A stretch of 64,000 nt of DNA from NCBI GenBank assembly GCA_038326775.1, contig JBBQKJ010000001.1, positions 71,510 to 135,509 on the forward strand, written 5' to 3'. The notes below the pieces were generated by a model. The model was not told where the DNA came from. It ran no database searches and worked only from the letters and a program-made list of their open reading frames with translations. Positions 25,015 through 34,938 of this stretch are shown in pieces. Made by a program: the position numbers and the translations under genes. The DNA is from Candidatus Geothermincolia bacterium (lineage in GTDB: Bacteria; Actinomycetota; Geothermincolia; Fen-727; Anoxymicrobiaceae). The number at the start of each line of letters is the position of its first letter. Within the stretch, counting starts at the first letter, position 1.

Positions 25015-27681
25015 ATGAGCACCGCTACCCAAACTCTTAATTCCGAGAGGGTTTACCGCGTCATCCACATCAAGGTGGCAGAGGAGCCCAACGTGCACGT
25101 GCCCATCAAGCCCACGCTCGATTCCAGGGTAAAGATCTGCCTCGAAAGAGCGGAGCTGGTCACGGAATCCTACAGGCTCACCGAAGGCGAACCGTGGATA
25201 CTGCGCCGCGCCAAAGCCCTGGATCACCTGCTGCGCAATATGACCATTTACATCCTCGAGGGCGAAGAGATCGTGGGTAATTATTCCAGCACACCGGACA
25301 GTTTGCCCACCCATCCCGAATACTCCTACCGTTGGCTGGAGGACGCGCTTGAGACCGATTTCACGGACGCCCTGGATGAGGAAGGCAGGAGAAGACTGCG
25401 GCAAATCAATGAGTATTGGGCCGGACACAGCGTGGAGAGCAGGTTCCTCGAGACGGTGCCGGATGACTTGAAGCCATATACGGAATGGACGGGGGCCGTG
25501 GGAGGGACCTGGCTGTGGCCCCTGGGATGCATGGTGCTGAATTACGAAGGGGCCTTTGAAGAAGGGCTGAAGGGGTTGCTGGACGAGGTGCGGGAGCACA
25601 GCTCCAGGCTCGAGCCGGATGACCGGGATTATCAGGAGAAGCACGAGTTCTATATGGCTGCGGAGATCTGCGCTGAGGCGTTAATGGCCTTCGCCAGCCG
25701 TTTTGCCGCTCTGGCTGAGGAAAAGGCGGTCGGGGCTGAGGGCGAGCAGAAGGAGAGGTACGAGAGGATCGCCCACATCTGTTCGCGCATCCCGGAAAAC
25801 CCTCCCGAGAGTTTCCATGAAGCACTGCAGGCCTTCTGGTTCTACCACCTCGTGACCACGCAGATCGACTGGAACAGCGTGGGTCTGGGGCAGCGTTTCG
25901 ACCAGCTCTTCTGGCCATATTACGAGAAGGACAAAATGGAGAAACGCATCACCTACGAACGGGCGGTGGAGCTCTTTGAACACCTTTGGATAAAACTGGA
26001 TGACCTGGGGCAGATCAATCCCCAGATCTCCTCAATGCTCCAGGTAGGTGGCACCAAGTTTCAGAGCGCAACCCTTGGCGGGGTTGACAGGTACGGCAAC
26101 GACGCTACTAACGAGCTTTCATTCGCCATGATCGACGCTACAATGAATATCCGGACGCTGCAGCCCAGCCTCAGCGTTCGCTATCACGATAATATTGATC
26201 CGAGGATTATCGACAGGGCGGTGGACTGCATCGCCACGGGCATAGGCATGCCGGCTATATTCAATGACAACGCGGTCATCCCCTGGTCCCTGTACAAAGC
26301 GCTGGAACACCTCTATCCCGAATCGGGAAAGCTGTTCGGAGTGGGCTGCCTTCCGATACTTCAGAAGACCCATCATGCAGCGAAAAAGGCCATATCGCAC
26401 CTCCCGAAGTCATGGGAGGAAGGCCTGGAGAGCTACTTCCATAACTGGCCCTATAAGTTGTGTACCGCCGGCGGCAGGGCAGGGGACGCCTTACGCTATC
26501 TTACGAAACGTGCCCGGATATTCGATGCCGAGGAGATCATGTACCTTGCCCGAAACTGGTCAAACACGGCCTGTGTAGGGCCGGGATTTACGGGAATGGC
26601 CTCCCTCCAGGGCACGCTGGCAACCCTCATCACCGCCGCCATCCTCAATTACGCAAAGTGCCTGGAGTATGTCCTCTACCAGGGTGTGGAGCCGACCACC
26701 GGCGAGCAGTTGGGGGCAAGAACCCCAGACCCGCGCACTTTCAAGGCCTACGATGAGTTTCTGGATGCCTTCCTCTCTCAGATCAAGTACGCGCTGGAGC
26801 AAAACGCGAAAGTGTACGAGATAAGCGAGAAGCTCTACCAGGAGATGATGCCCCGTCCCCTCGCCTCCATGCTGGTGGGAAGGAAGACATCCATAGAGCG
26901 GGGCAAGGACGCGACCCGCAAGGGGGACGCCGCCTACAGCGAAGTCTTCCTGGCGGGCGGCGTGAACGCCGCGGACTCTCTGGCGGTCATAAAGAAACTC
27001 GTCTGCGAGGAGAAGTCGGTCAGCATCGACGAATTGATCAGAGCCTGTCAGTCAGACTGGGCGGGATGCGAGGACCTGCGCGGCAAGTGCCTGGCCGTTC
27101 CCAAGTTCGGCAACGATGACGACTCCGTGGACCTGGTCCTGGAGGATATGTACCGTAAGTCTGTAAAGGTCTTCAATGGAGTGAAGGACCATTTCGGCAA
27201 GCCCTTCGTACCGGAGGCGACCCTGGCCGGAGGGTACTTCGCCACCGGGCTTTCCACGGGCGCCACTCCTGACGGCCGCCGGGCCGCCGAGACCCTTTCG
27301 GACGGGCAGCTCTCGCCCATGCACGGTCGGGACTTGAGCGGTCCGACCGCCGTTCTCAAGTCATGCTCCAAGGTGAACCCCACGCGCTGCGGCAACCAGC
27401 TGGTCAACCAGAAGTTCCTGCCATCCGCACTCAAAGCCGCGAACAAGAAGCTGTTCGCCGATTACCTCAAGACCTGGTCCGAGTTCGGCAACTGGCATAT
27501 CCAGTTCAACTGTATCGACGCGGACACCCTGAGGGAAGCACGCGAGTATCCGGAAAGGCACAAGAACCTCATCGTGCGCGTTGCAGGGTACAGCGCTTTC
27601 TTCACCGAGCTTAATCCCGAGATACAAGCGGATATCATCAGGCGTTCCGAGCAGGACCTGGGTTCCTCGAGGTGTTGTTGA
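25015..27681 (+). CDS. Glycyl radical enzyme paralog 1 (GRE1), 888 aa, unknown substrate specificity.
   Basis: C-terminal glycyl-radical motif IVRVAGYSAFF plus TPDGR...SDGQLSPMHGRD...GPTAV. Putative thiyl Cys loop NTACVGPG about 338 residues before the Gly. Start chosen at MSTATQTLNSE by alignment with GRE3; RBS AAGGGGATGG. Confidence 0.9.
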   Translation: MSTATQTLNSERVYRVIHIKVAEEPNVHVPIKPTLDSRVKICLERAELVTESYRLTEGEPWILRRAKALDHLLRNMTIYILEGEEIVGNYSSTPDSLPTHPEYSYRWLEDALETDFTDALDEEGRRRLRQINEYWAGHSVESRFLETVPDDLKPYTEWTGAVGGTWLWPLGCMVLNYEGAFEEGLKGLLDEVREHSSRLEPDDRDYQEKHEFYMAAEICAEALMAFASRFAALAEEKAVGAEGEQKERYERIAHICSRIPENPPESFHEALQAFWFYHLVTTQIDWNSVGLGQRFDQLFWPYYEKDKMEKRITYERAVELFEHLWIKLDDLGQINPQISSMLQVGGTKFQSATLGGVDRYGNDATNELSFAMIDATMNIRTLQPSLSVRYHDNIDPRIIDRAVDCIATGIGMPAIFNDNAVIPWSLYKALEHLYPESGKLFGVGCLPILQKTHHAAKKAISHLPKSWEEGLESYFHNWPYKLCTAGGRAGDALRYLTKRARIFDAEEIMYLARNWSNTACVGPGFTGMASLQGTLATLITAAILNYAKCLEYVLYQGVEPTTGEQLGARTPDPRTFKAYDEFLDAFLSQIKYALEQNAKVYEISEKLYQEMMPRPLASMLVGRKTSIERGKDATRKGDAAYSEVFLAGGVNAADSLAVIKKLVCEEKSVSIDELIRACQSDWAGCEDLRGKCLAVPKFGNDDDSVDLVLEDMYRKSVKVFNGVKDHFGKPFVPEATLAGGYFATGLSTGATPDGRRAAETLSDGQLSPMHGRDLSGPTAVLKSCSKVNPTRCGNQLVNQKFLPSALKAANKKLFADYLKTWSEFGNWHIQFNCIDADTLREAREYPERHKNLIVRVAGYSAFFTELNPEIQADIIRRSEQDLGSSRCC

Positions 27682-27695
27682 GAGGGGTGGGTAGA

Positions 27696-30359
27696 ATGAG
27701 CGAGACGGCGAGAAGATTGAATGAAGAGAGGCTGATCAAGGCGGTCCAGATCACCGACGCGGAGAGCCCGTCGGTGAGCATGCCGGTCAAAGTGAAGCTC
27801 GATCCCAACGTTAAGATCTGCCTGGAGAGGGCGGAGCTGGTGACGGAGTCTTACCGGCGCACCGAGGGTGAGCCTTGGATAATCCGGCGCGCCAGGGCCC
27901 TGGACCACCAACTCCGGAACATGACCATTTATATACTCGAGGGCGAACAGATAGTGGGCAACTATGCCAGCACGCCGGACAGCCTGCCCACCTACCCGGA
28001 GATCTCCTGCCGCTGGTTGGACGAAGAGCTCGACGACGCCTACACACACGCGCTTGACGAGGAAGGAAAAAGAAGGCTGCGGGAGATACACCAGTACTGG
28101 TACGATGTGAACGTCGAGGGGACTATCCTCAGGGACCTGCCGGAGGAGCTGGAAGATTTCATCAGTTCCAGCAAGACCACGGCCATGTTCACCATGTTCT
28201 GGCCCGCGGGCGCCTTCCCCCTGGACCTTAAGGACTGGGTCTTTCCGCGTGGCTTGAACGGTATCCTGGAAGAGGTGGGCGAGCGGCGCGCCGCGTTGTC
28301 GAAAGACGACGTGGATTTCCAGGAGAAAGAAGATTTCTATAACGCTGCCGAGATAAGCACCAGGGCCGTGATTGCCTTCGCCCGTCGCTACTCCGCGCTG
28401 GCCTGGGAGAAGGCGGCATCGGCCGGCGGGAAGGCCAGGGAGGATTACCTGAAGGTGGCCGAGGTCTGCGCGCGCGTGCCAGAGCATCCCCCCCGGACCT
28501 TCCATGAAGCCCTGCAAACTTTCTTCTTCTGCCACCTGGTAACCGCCCAGATAGACTGGTACGGCCTGGGCCTTGGACAACGCTTCGACCAGCTCTTCTG
28601 GCCCTGCTACGCACGCGAAAAGGAAGAAGGAAGCATCACCTACGACCGCGCCGTGGAGCTGCTGGAGTTTCTCTGGATAAAACTGGACGACCTGGGCCAG
28701 ATCAATCCCGTCAGCACTTCCATCTACCAGGCGGGAGGGACCAAGTTCCAGAACGTATCCGTGGGCGGCGTGGACGAGAACGGCGAGGACGCGAGCAATG
28801 AGCTCTCCCTGGCGGTCCTGGACGCCACCATCAATATCCGTACTCCCCAGCCCGGCGTCTGTGTGTTATACCACGACAGGATCGACCCCAGGTTGCTCGA
28901 CAAGGCCATAGATTGCATCGCCTCGGGGATGGGGCAGCCCGCACTTTTCAATAACGATGTGTGTGTAAAGTGGCACCTTAACCTGGCGTTGGATATCCTC
29001 TACCCGGATTCGGGGGGATTCATCGGCGTCCCCTACCTTGGTCTGGTCCAGAAGACGGACAACCTCGTGAGGAAGGTTGTCTCTCACCTCCCGGCATCCC
29101 TGCGTAAAAAGATAGAGGAAAGATACGACGAATGGCCTTACGCAGTATATACGGGAGGCGGAAAGCCGGGTGACTTGTTGCGGGCGGCCTTGAAGAAGGT
29201 TCACCTCTGGGACGCTCAGAAGGGGTTGGCCCTGGCCCGGGGGTGGGCTCCCACCTCCTGCGTGGGAGGGGGATTGCAGGGCAAGGTGACCATACAGGGT
29301 ACCCTCACCTCAATACTCATCTTCACCGTATTGGATTTCCTGAAGTGCTTCGAGTACGTCATGTACCAGGGGGTGGAGCCTGAGACCGGCGAGCTGGTGG
29401 CGGTCCCCACCCCGGACCCCGGTTGCTTCCAGACCTACGACGAGTTCCTCGACGCCTACCTGGAGCAGGTCGAGTTCCAGGTGGACAGGGCCAACCGGGC
29501 TTACCAGATCGCCGAGATGACTTACGAGGAGCACATGCCCCGTCCTTTCGCCTCGGCCTGCACCGAGACCTGCGTCGCGAGGGGCAGGGACGGTATGCGG
29601 CGGGGAGACGCCTCCATCAGCGAGATCTTCAGTATGGGCAGCGTGAACGCCGCCGAATCCCTGGCCGCGGTGAAAAAACTGGTCTTCGATGATGGAGCGG
29701 TGACCATGGAGGAGCTGCTGAAGGCTTGCGACTCCAACTGGGAAGGCTATGAGGACGTGCACCGCAAATGCCTGGAGGTCCCCAAGTTCGGCAACGACGA
29801 CGACTACGTCGATCATATCCTGGACGACCTCTATCGCAAGGCCCAGGCCCTGGTCTACAGCCACAAGGACCATTGGGGCAACGGGCTGCACCTGGAGTCG
29901 TCCCTGGCGGCCGGTTATTACGTGGGCGGGCTCACCTGCTCTGCCACCCCGGACGGAAGGGTAAAGGGGGAGACCGTCTCCGACGGACAGCTCTCGCCAA
30001 TGCACGGCAGAGACATAAACGGCCCCACCGCGGTGCTCAAGTCCTGCTCGAAGGTGGACCCCCTCAAGAGCTGGAACCAGCTCTGCAATCAGAAGATAAA
30101 CCCCACCTTCCTCAAGGGAAAGAACAAGAGGCTTTTCGCTGATTACCTGCGTACCTGGCTCGGGTTCGGCAACTGGCATATCCAGTTTAACTGCCAGGAC
30201 GCGGAGAGCCTCAGGGATGCCATGGTTTATCCGGAGAGGCACCGGGATCTGATCGTGCGCGTAGCCGGATACAGCGCCTTCTTCATAGACCTGGCGCCCG
30301 GCTTGCAGCAGGATATCATCAGGAGAACGGAGCAGAGCCTGAAGGATACGGTTCACTGA
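27696..30359 (+). CDS. Glycyl radical enzyme paralog 2 (GRE2), 887 aa, the most divergent of the three.
   Basis: RVAGYSAFF Gly motif, TPDGR block, Cys loop TSCVGGG. Start at MSETARRL with RBS GAGGGGTGGG. Confidence 0.9.
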   Translation: MSETARRLNEERLIKAVQITDAESPSVSMPVKVKLDPNVKICLERAELVTESYRRTEGEPWIIRRARALDHQLRNMTIYILEGEQIVGNYASTPDSLPTYPEISCRWLDEELDDAYTHALDEEGKRRLREIHQYWYDVNVEGTILRDLPEELEDFISSSKTTAMFTMFWPAGAFPLDLKDWVFPRGLNGILEEVGERRAALSKDDVDFQEKEDFYNAAEISTRAVIAFARRYSALAWEKAASAGGKAREDYLKVAEVCARVPEHPPRTFHEALQTFFFCHLVTAQIDWYGLGLGQRFDQLFWPCYAREKEEGSITYDRAVELLEFLWIKLDDLGQINPVSTSIYQAGGTKFQNVSVGGVDENGEDASNELSLAVLDATINIRTPQPGVCVLYHDRIDPRLLDKAIDCIASGMGQPALFNNDVCVKWHLNLALDILYPDSGGFIGVPYLGLVQKTDNLVRKVVSHLPASLRKKIEERYDEWPYAVYTGGGKPGDLLRAALKKVHLWDAQKGLALARGWAPTSCVGGGLQGKVTIQGTLTSILIFTVLDFLKCFEYVMYQGVEPETGELVAVPTPDPGCFQTYDEFLDAYLEQVEFQVDRANRAYQIAEMTYEEHMPRPFASACTETCVARGRDGMRRGDASISEIFSMGSVNAAESLAAVKKLVFDDGAVTMEELLKACDSNWEGYEDVHRKCLEVPKFGNDDDYVDHILDDLYRKAQALVYSHKDHWGNGLHLESSLAAGYYVGGLTCSATPDGRVKGETVSDGQLSPMHGRDINGPTAVLKSCSKVDPLKSWNQLCNQKINPTFLKGKNKRLFADYLRTWLGFGNWHIQFNCQDAESLRDAMVYPERHRDLIVRVAGYSAFFIDLAPGLQQDIIRRTEQSLKDTVH

Positions 30360-30434
30360 GGCGCCAGCATTCGGGTATTTTGGTTGAGGGCAGGACCAGA
30401 ATCGGCCTGCTGATTTGTCAAGGGGGTAGTTTCG

Positions 30435-33110
30435 ATGAGCGTCATCACACAAACTCTTAATTCCGAGAGGCTTTATCGCGTCATCCACATCAGGACGGCA
30501 GACAATCCCAACGTGCATAGACCGATAGACTGTGTCCTGGATCCCAGGGTGAAGATCTGCCTGGAGAGAGCAGAACTGGTGACTGAGTCCTACATGCGTA
30601 CCGAGGGTGAACCCTGGATTATGCGCAGAGCCAAGGCGCTGGACCACCTGTTGCGCAACATGACGATTTACATACTGGAGGGAGAAGAGATCGTCGGCAA
30701 TTATTCCAGTTCACCGGACAGCCTGCCTACGCATCCGGAATTCTCCTACCGCTGGCTGGAGAAAGCCCTCGAGGATGAGTTCAGGCACGCCCTGGACGAG
30801 GAGGGCAAGAGAAGGCTCAGGGAGATCAACAGATACTGGCAGGACGACAGCGTTGAGAGCAGGTTCCTTGAGGCTGCGCTGTCCTTTCCTGAGGAACTCA
30901 AGCCTTTTACCGGCTGGACGGGTGCGGTCGGAGCGGCCTGGGAATGGCCACTGGGTTGTATGGTACTCAACTACGAGCTTGCCTTCGAGGAAGGGCTGAA
31001 CGGGATGCTGGCCGAGGTGCGCAGATACCGCTCCATGCTTTCTGCAAAAGACCCGGAATATAAGGAGAAGCAGGAATTCTACCAGGCGGCGGAGATCTGC
31101 GCCGAGGCTGTGATGGCTTTCGCCAGGCGTTTTGCCGCCCTGGCCGAGGAGAAGGCAACCGGGGCTGAGGGCGAGCAGAAACAAAGATATGAGCGGATTG
31201 CCCGTATCTGCTCACGCGTGCCCGATAACCCCCCGGAGAACTTCCATGAGGCCCTGCAGGCTTTCTGGTTCTACCACCTCATAACCAGCCAGATCGATTG
31301 GAATAGCGTAGGGCTGGGCCAGCGTTTCGATCAACTCTTCTGGCCCTACTACGAGAAGGACAAGTTTGAGGAGAGGATAACCTATGAAGGTGCGGTAGAA
31401 CTCTTCGAGCACCTGTGGATAAAGCTGGACGACCTTGGCCAGATCAACCCTTGGAAGCACGCTATGCTCCAGGTGGGAGGCACCAAGTTCCAGAGCGCCA
31501 CCCTGGGCGGTGTTGACAGGTACGGCAACGACGCCACCAACGAACTCTCCTTCGCCATGATCGACGCCACCATGAACATCCGCACCCTGCAACCCAGCCT
31601 CAGCCTGCGCTATCACGAAAACATCGACCCCCGCATCGTCGAAAAGGCGGTGGACTGCATCTCCACCGGTATCGGCATGCCGGCCATCTTCAACGATAAG
31701 CCGGTCATATCCTGGATGCTCAATGCCGCAATGGAACATCTCTATCCTGAGAGTGGAAAGATCTTCGGGGTGGCCTGTATGCCAGTCCTCAAGAAGGTGC
31801 ACGACCAGGCAAAGAAGGCCATCTCATTTCTGCCCAAGTCCTGGGAGGAAGGCCTGGAGAGCTACTTCCACAACTGGCCCTACAAGCTTTGCACCGCAGG
31901 TGGCAGGGCAGGGGACGCCCTTCGCGGCATTACCAAGCACCTGGGCATCTTCGACGCCGACGAGGTCCTCTACTTCGCTCGCAATTGGTCCAACACCGCC
32001 TGCGTGGGGCCGGGATTTACCGGCATGGCCGCTGTCCAGGGTAGCCTCGCCACTATTATCTGCGCCGCCGTCTTCAACTACGCCAAGTGCCTGGAATACG
32101 TCCTTTATCAAGGCGTGGAACCGACTACCGGTGAACAGCTGGGAGCGCGGACCCTCGACCCGCGTACCCTCAAAACCTATGACGAGTTCCTGGACGCCTT
32201 CCTGGCGCAGGTGAAGTACGCCCTGGAGCAGATCGCCAAGGTCTACGAGATAAGCGAGAAGCTCTTCGAGGAGATGATGCCACGCCCCCTGCCTTCCATG
32301 CTGGTAGGAAGAAAGAGTTCCATCATACGCGGCAAGGACGCCACCCGTAAGGGCGACCTCGGCTACAGCGAGGTCTTCCTGGCCGGCTCCGTGAACACGG
32401 CCGATTCCCTGGCGGTGATCAAGAGACTGGTCTATGAGGAGAAGACGGTGACCATGAGTGAGATCATCGAGGCCTCCAGGTCCGACTGGGCGGGGAATGA
32501 GGACCTGCGCCGCAAGTGCCTGGCGGTACCCAAGTTCGGCAACGACGACGACTACGTGGACCTCGTCCTGGAGGAAATGTACCGCAAGACCGTTAAGGTG
32601 TTCAAGGGGGTGAAGGACCACTTCGGAAATCACTTAGTGCCGGAAGCCACCATGGCGGGAGGCTATTTCGCTATCGGCGTCTCCACCGGAGCCACGCCCG
32701 ACGGCCGCCGGGCGCGCGAAACCCTCTCGGACGGTCAGCTCTCGCCCATGCACGGCCGTGACGTGAAGGGACCCACGGCGGTGCTAAAGTCCTGTTCGAA
32801 GGTGGATCCCACGCGCTGCGGCAACCAACTGGTCAACCAGAAGTTCCTGCCCTCTGCACTCAAAGGCGAGAACAAGAAGCTGTTCGCCGATTACCTCAAG
32901 ACCTGGTCCGAGTTCGGCAACTGGCACATCCAGTTCAACTGCATCGACGTGGATACATTGCGAGAAGCACAGGCGCATCCCGAGAGCCACGGGAACCTCA
33001 TCGTACGCGTGGCCGGATACAGCGCTTTCTTCACCGAGCTCAATCCCGAGATACAAGCGGATATCATCAGGCGTTCAGATCAGGATCTGGGCAAGTCCAG
33101 ACGCTGTTGA
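30435..33110 (+). CDS. Glycyl radical enzyme paralog 3 (GRE3), 891 aa, about 80 percent identical to GRE1.
   Basis: RVAGYSAFF Gly motif, Cys loop NTACVGPG. Long near-identical stretches to GRE1 at protein and DNA level. Confidence 0.9.
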   Translation: MSVITQTLNSERLYRVIHIRTADNPNVHRPIDCVLDPRVKICLERAELVTESYMRTEGEPWIMRRAKALDHLLRNMTIYILEGEEIVGNYSSSPDSLPTHPEFSYRWLEKALEDEFRHALDEEGKRRLREINRYWQDDSVESRFLEAALSFPEELKPFTGWTGAVGAAWEWPLGCMVLNYELAFEEGLNGMLAEVRRYRSMLSAKDPEYKEKQEFYQAAEICAEAVMAFARRFAALAEEKATGAEGEQKQRYERIARICSRVPDNPPENFHEALQAFWFYHLITSQIDWNSVGLGQRFDQLFWPYYEKDKFEERITYEGAVELFEHLWIKLDDLGQINPWKHAMLQVGGTKFQSATLGGVDRYGNDATNELSFAMIDATMNIRTLQPSLSLRYHENIDPRIVEKAVDCISTGIGMPAIFNDKPVISWMLNAAMEHLYPESGKIFGVACMPVLKKVHDQAKKAISFLPKSWEEGLESYFHNWPYKLCTAGGRAGDALRGITKHLGIFDADEVLYFARNWSNTACVGPGFTGMAAVQGSLATIICAAVFNYAKCLEYVLYQGVEPTTGEQLGARTLDPRTLKTYDEFLDAFLAQVKYALEQIAKVYEISEKLFEEMMPRPLPSMLVGRKSSIIRGKDATRKGDLGYSEVFLAGSVNTADSLAVIKRLVYEEKTVTMSEIIEASRSDWAGNEDLRRKCLAVPKFGNDDDYVDLVLEEMYRKTVKVFKGVKDHFGNHLVPEATMAGGYFAIGVSTGATPDGRRARETLSDGQLSPMHGRDVKGPTAVLKSCSKVDPTRCGNQLVNQKFLPSALKGENKKLFADYLKTWSEFGNWHIQFNCIDVDTLREAQAHPESHGNLIVRVAGYSAFFTELNPEIQADIIRRSDQDLGKSRRC

Positions 33111-33126
33111 AGGAGCTTTCCGACAC

Positions 33127-34155
33127 ATGGCTCTTGATAGAATCAATTCCTGGAAGAAAAAAGCGGTCGCGTTAGCCAGGAATTCTGGCGGGGGGCGGCT
33201 GAACATGGACCTCGATATTCAGGGGCTGGTCTTCAATATCCAAAAATTCAGCATCGACGACGGCCCGGGAATCCGGACCACCGTCTTCATGAAGGGATGT
33301 CCCTTCAGATGCCCGTGGTGTTCCAACCCAGAGTCCATCAACCCCTATCCCGAGGTCATCACGAAATTCGACGCTCTCTGCAAAGACTGCGGTCGCTGCC
33401 AGGATTCCTGCGAGATTGGGGCTATTAAGGTGATCGAGAGCCTGCTACCCGGAGACGACCGGCCGCGGGAGCGCACCCGCGACCTCGACCGCCATCTGTG
33501 CAACAGATGTATGAAATGCGTGGAAGCCTGCCCGACCGGCGCCTTGAGTAGCGTGGGAGAGGCCAAGACTGTAAGGGAAGTTCTCGAGGTTGTGGAACAG
33601 GACCGCCCGTTCTACGAAAACAGCGGTGGGGGAGTGACCCTTTCTGGCGGAGAGCCTCTCATGCAGCCCGATTTCGCTCTGGCGCTGCTGAGGGAAAGCA
33701 AGAGGAGGGGTCTTCATACGGCCCTGGACACATGCGGTCAAGCGCCAACCGATTCCCTGGAGGCCCTGCTGCCCTTCCTGGACCTGGTCCTCTACGACGT
33801 AAAACACACTGACCCCACAGCCCACGAGAAGGCGGTGGGCTCGGATAACCTGACCATTCTCGAGAACCTGCGATTCCTCAGCGGCAAGGTCGCCATCTGG
33901 CTCCGCGTTCCGTTGATACCCGGCTTCAACGATGACCTCGAGACCCTGCGGGATATCGTGGAGCTGGCCGGGGAAGTCTGCATCGAAAGATTGTTTTTCC
34001 TGCCCTACCACCGATGGGGATCTGGCAAATATCCCGGTTTGGGAAGGGAGTACGAGCTCGCGAATACAGGCGAGATCTCGGCGAACAAGCTGGAAACGGT
34101 GAAGGAGCTTTGTGGCTCATCGGGAATCGCCGCCTGCGAGATCGCCAGCGAATGA
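33127..34155 (+). CDS. Glycyl radical enzyme activating enzyme (radical SAM) with an inserted ferredoxin-like two-cluster domain, 342 aa. An alternative start at 33205 (MDLDIQGLVFNIQKFS...) is possible.
   Basis: CPFRCPWCSNPE radical-SAM CxxxCxxC immediately after FSIDDGPGIRTTVF. CKDCGRCQDSC and CNRCMKCVEAC extra clusters. GGEPL SAM motif. Confidence 0.9.
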   Translation: MALDRINSWKKKAVALARNSGGGRLNMDLDIQGLVFNIQKFSIDDGPGIRTTVFMKGCPFRCPWCSNPESINPYPEVITKFDALCKDCGRCQDSCEIGAIKVIESLLPGDDRPRERTRDLDRHLCNRCMKCVEACPTGALSSVGEAKTVREVLEVVEQDRPFYENSGGGVTLSGGEPLMQPDFALALLRESKRRGLHTALDTCGQAPTDSLEALLPFLDLVLYDVKHTDPTAHEKAVGSDNLTILENLRFLSGKVAIWLRVPLIPGFNDDLETLRDIVELAGEVCIERLFFLPYHRWGSGKYPGLGREYELANTGEISANKLETVKELCGSSGIAACEIASE

Positions 34156-34165
34156 TTCTGCCGAA

Positions 34166-34762
34166 ATGGATAGAGGAGAGAGCCAGTTGGGTAAGAAAGA
34201 GGAGTTGATCGAGGAGATCCTCCAGGTGGAGTGGGAGATGTTCACTTCGGTCCGCGCCAGGGGAAGAAGTGCCCTCTGCCAGGAAGATCCCGATTCCTTC
34301 CGGATCATCAGAGCGGCCAACTTCATGACCTGGTCAGATGACACCCTTACCAGCTACCTGGACGATGTAAAGACGGCCGGGAGCCTGGGCAGGAACCTGA
34401 TGACCGAGAAATACGCCCGCATGGAGGGCATCATCCCACCGCTCAACCCGGCGGTCCAACCGATTATTGACAAAATCGTAGAACAGGAATGCCTGTGGGC
34501 GGAGGATTTCTCGCGGAGCAACCCGAGCGCAAGATTAGCCCGTCCCATATATGCTCGCGACGAATCACCTGGCGTCGTCTCCTCCGAGACCTACTCCAGG
34601 GCAGAGCTGGAAACGTATTCCGCCCGCACCCTCGAACAGTACTACTCGGATGTCATGGGCATGTTGTCCGGGGGTGAGAACCGCATCGAGTTCGCGGTTC
34701 GCTACATGCGGGAGCTGGCATCGATTAGAAAGAGGAGCGGGCGTGTTCGGTTACGTTCCTGA
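34166..34762 (+). CDS. Conserved hypothetical protein, about 199 aa, immediately downstream of the activase. No Fe-S motif. Possibly DUF4125-like.
   Basis: ORF in operon position with the GRE/activase genes. Family assignment from memory only; low certainty. Confidence 0.4.
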   Translation: MDRGESQLGKKEELIEEILQVEWEMFTSVRARGRSALCQEDPDSFRIIRAANFMTWSDDTLTSYLDDVKTAGSLGRNLMTEKYARMEGIIPPLNPAVQPIIDKIVEQECLWAEDFSRSNPSARLARPIYARDESPGVVSSETYSRAELETYSARTLEQYYSDVMGMLSGGENRIEFAVRYMRELASIRKRSGRVRLRS

Positions 34763-34876
34763 CGCAAAGACTTGAGAAAGTGCAAGCTGCGGAGGTCGAG
34801 CAGGATAAGCACCCTACCGGTGGTTGATTGTTTCTCCGGCCTGTTGACAGTTGCTGGAAACCATATTTACAATGGC

Positions 34877-34900
34877 GCGCATAGGGAACATACATACATG
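34877..34900. promoter_or_regulatory. 24-bp palindrome GGAACATACAT-AC-ATGTATGTTCC (11-bp arms), about 40 bp upstream of the TetR gene. Candidate TetR operator.
   Basis: Perfect inverted arms read from the sequence. The ATACAT/ATGTAT half-sites echo the GRE-promoter motif. Confidence 0.45.
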
Positions 34901-34938
34901 TATGTTCCATCCTCAACCTCAATGCACGATTGGTTGAA

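Noticed and set aside
25015-33110. Tandem repetition in the GRE region as a possible CRISPR or other repeat array.
   Set aside because: The periodic similarity is kilobase-scale protein-coding paralogy (three full GRE genes), not short direct repeats with spacers. No CRISPR-like 25-40 bp repeats were found anywhere in the window.
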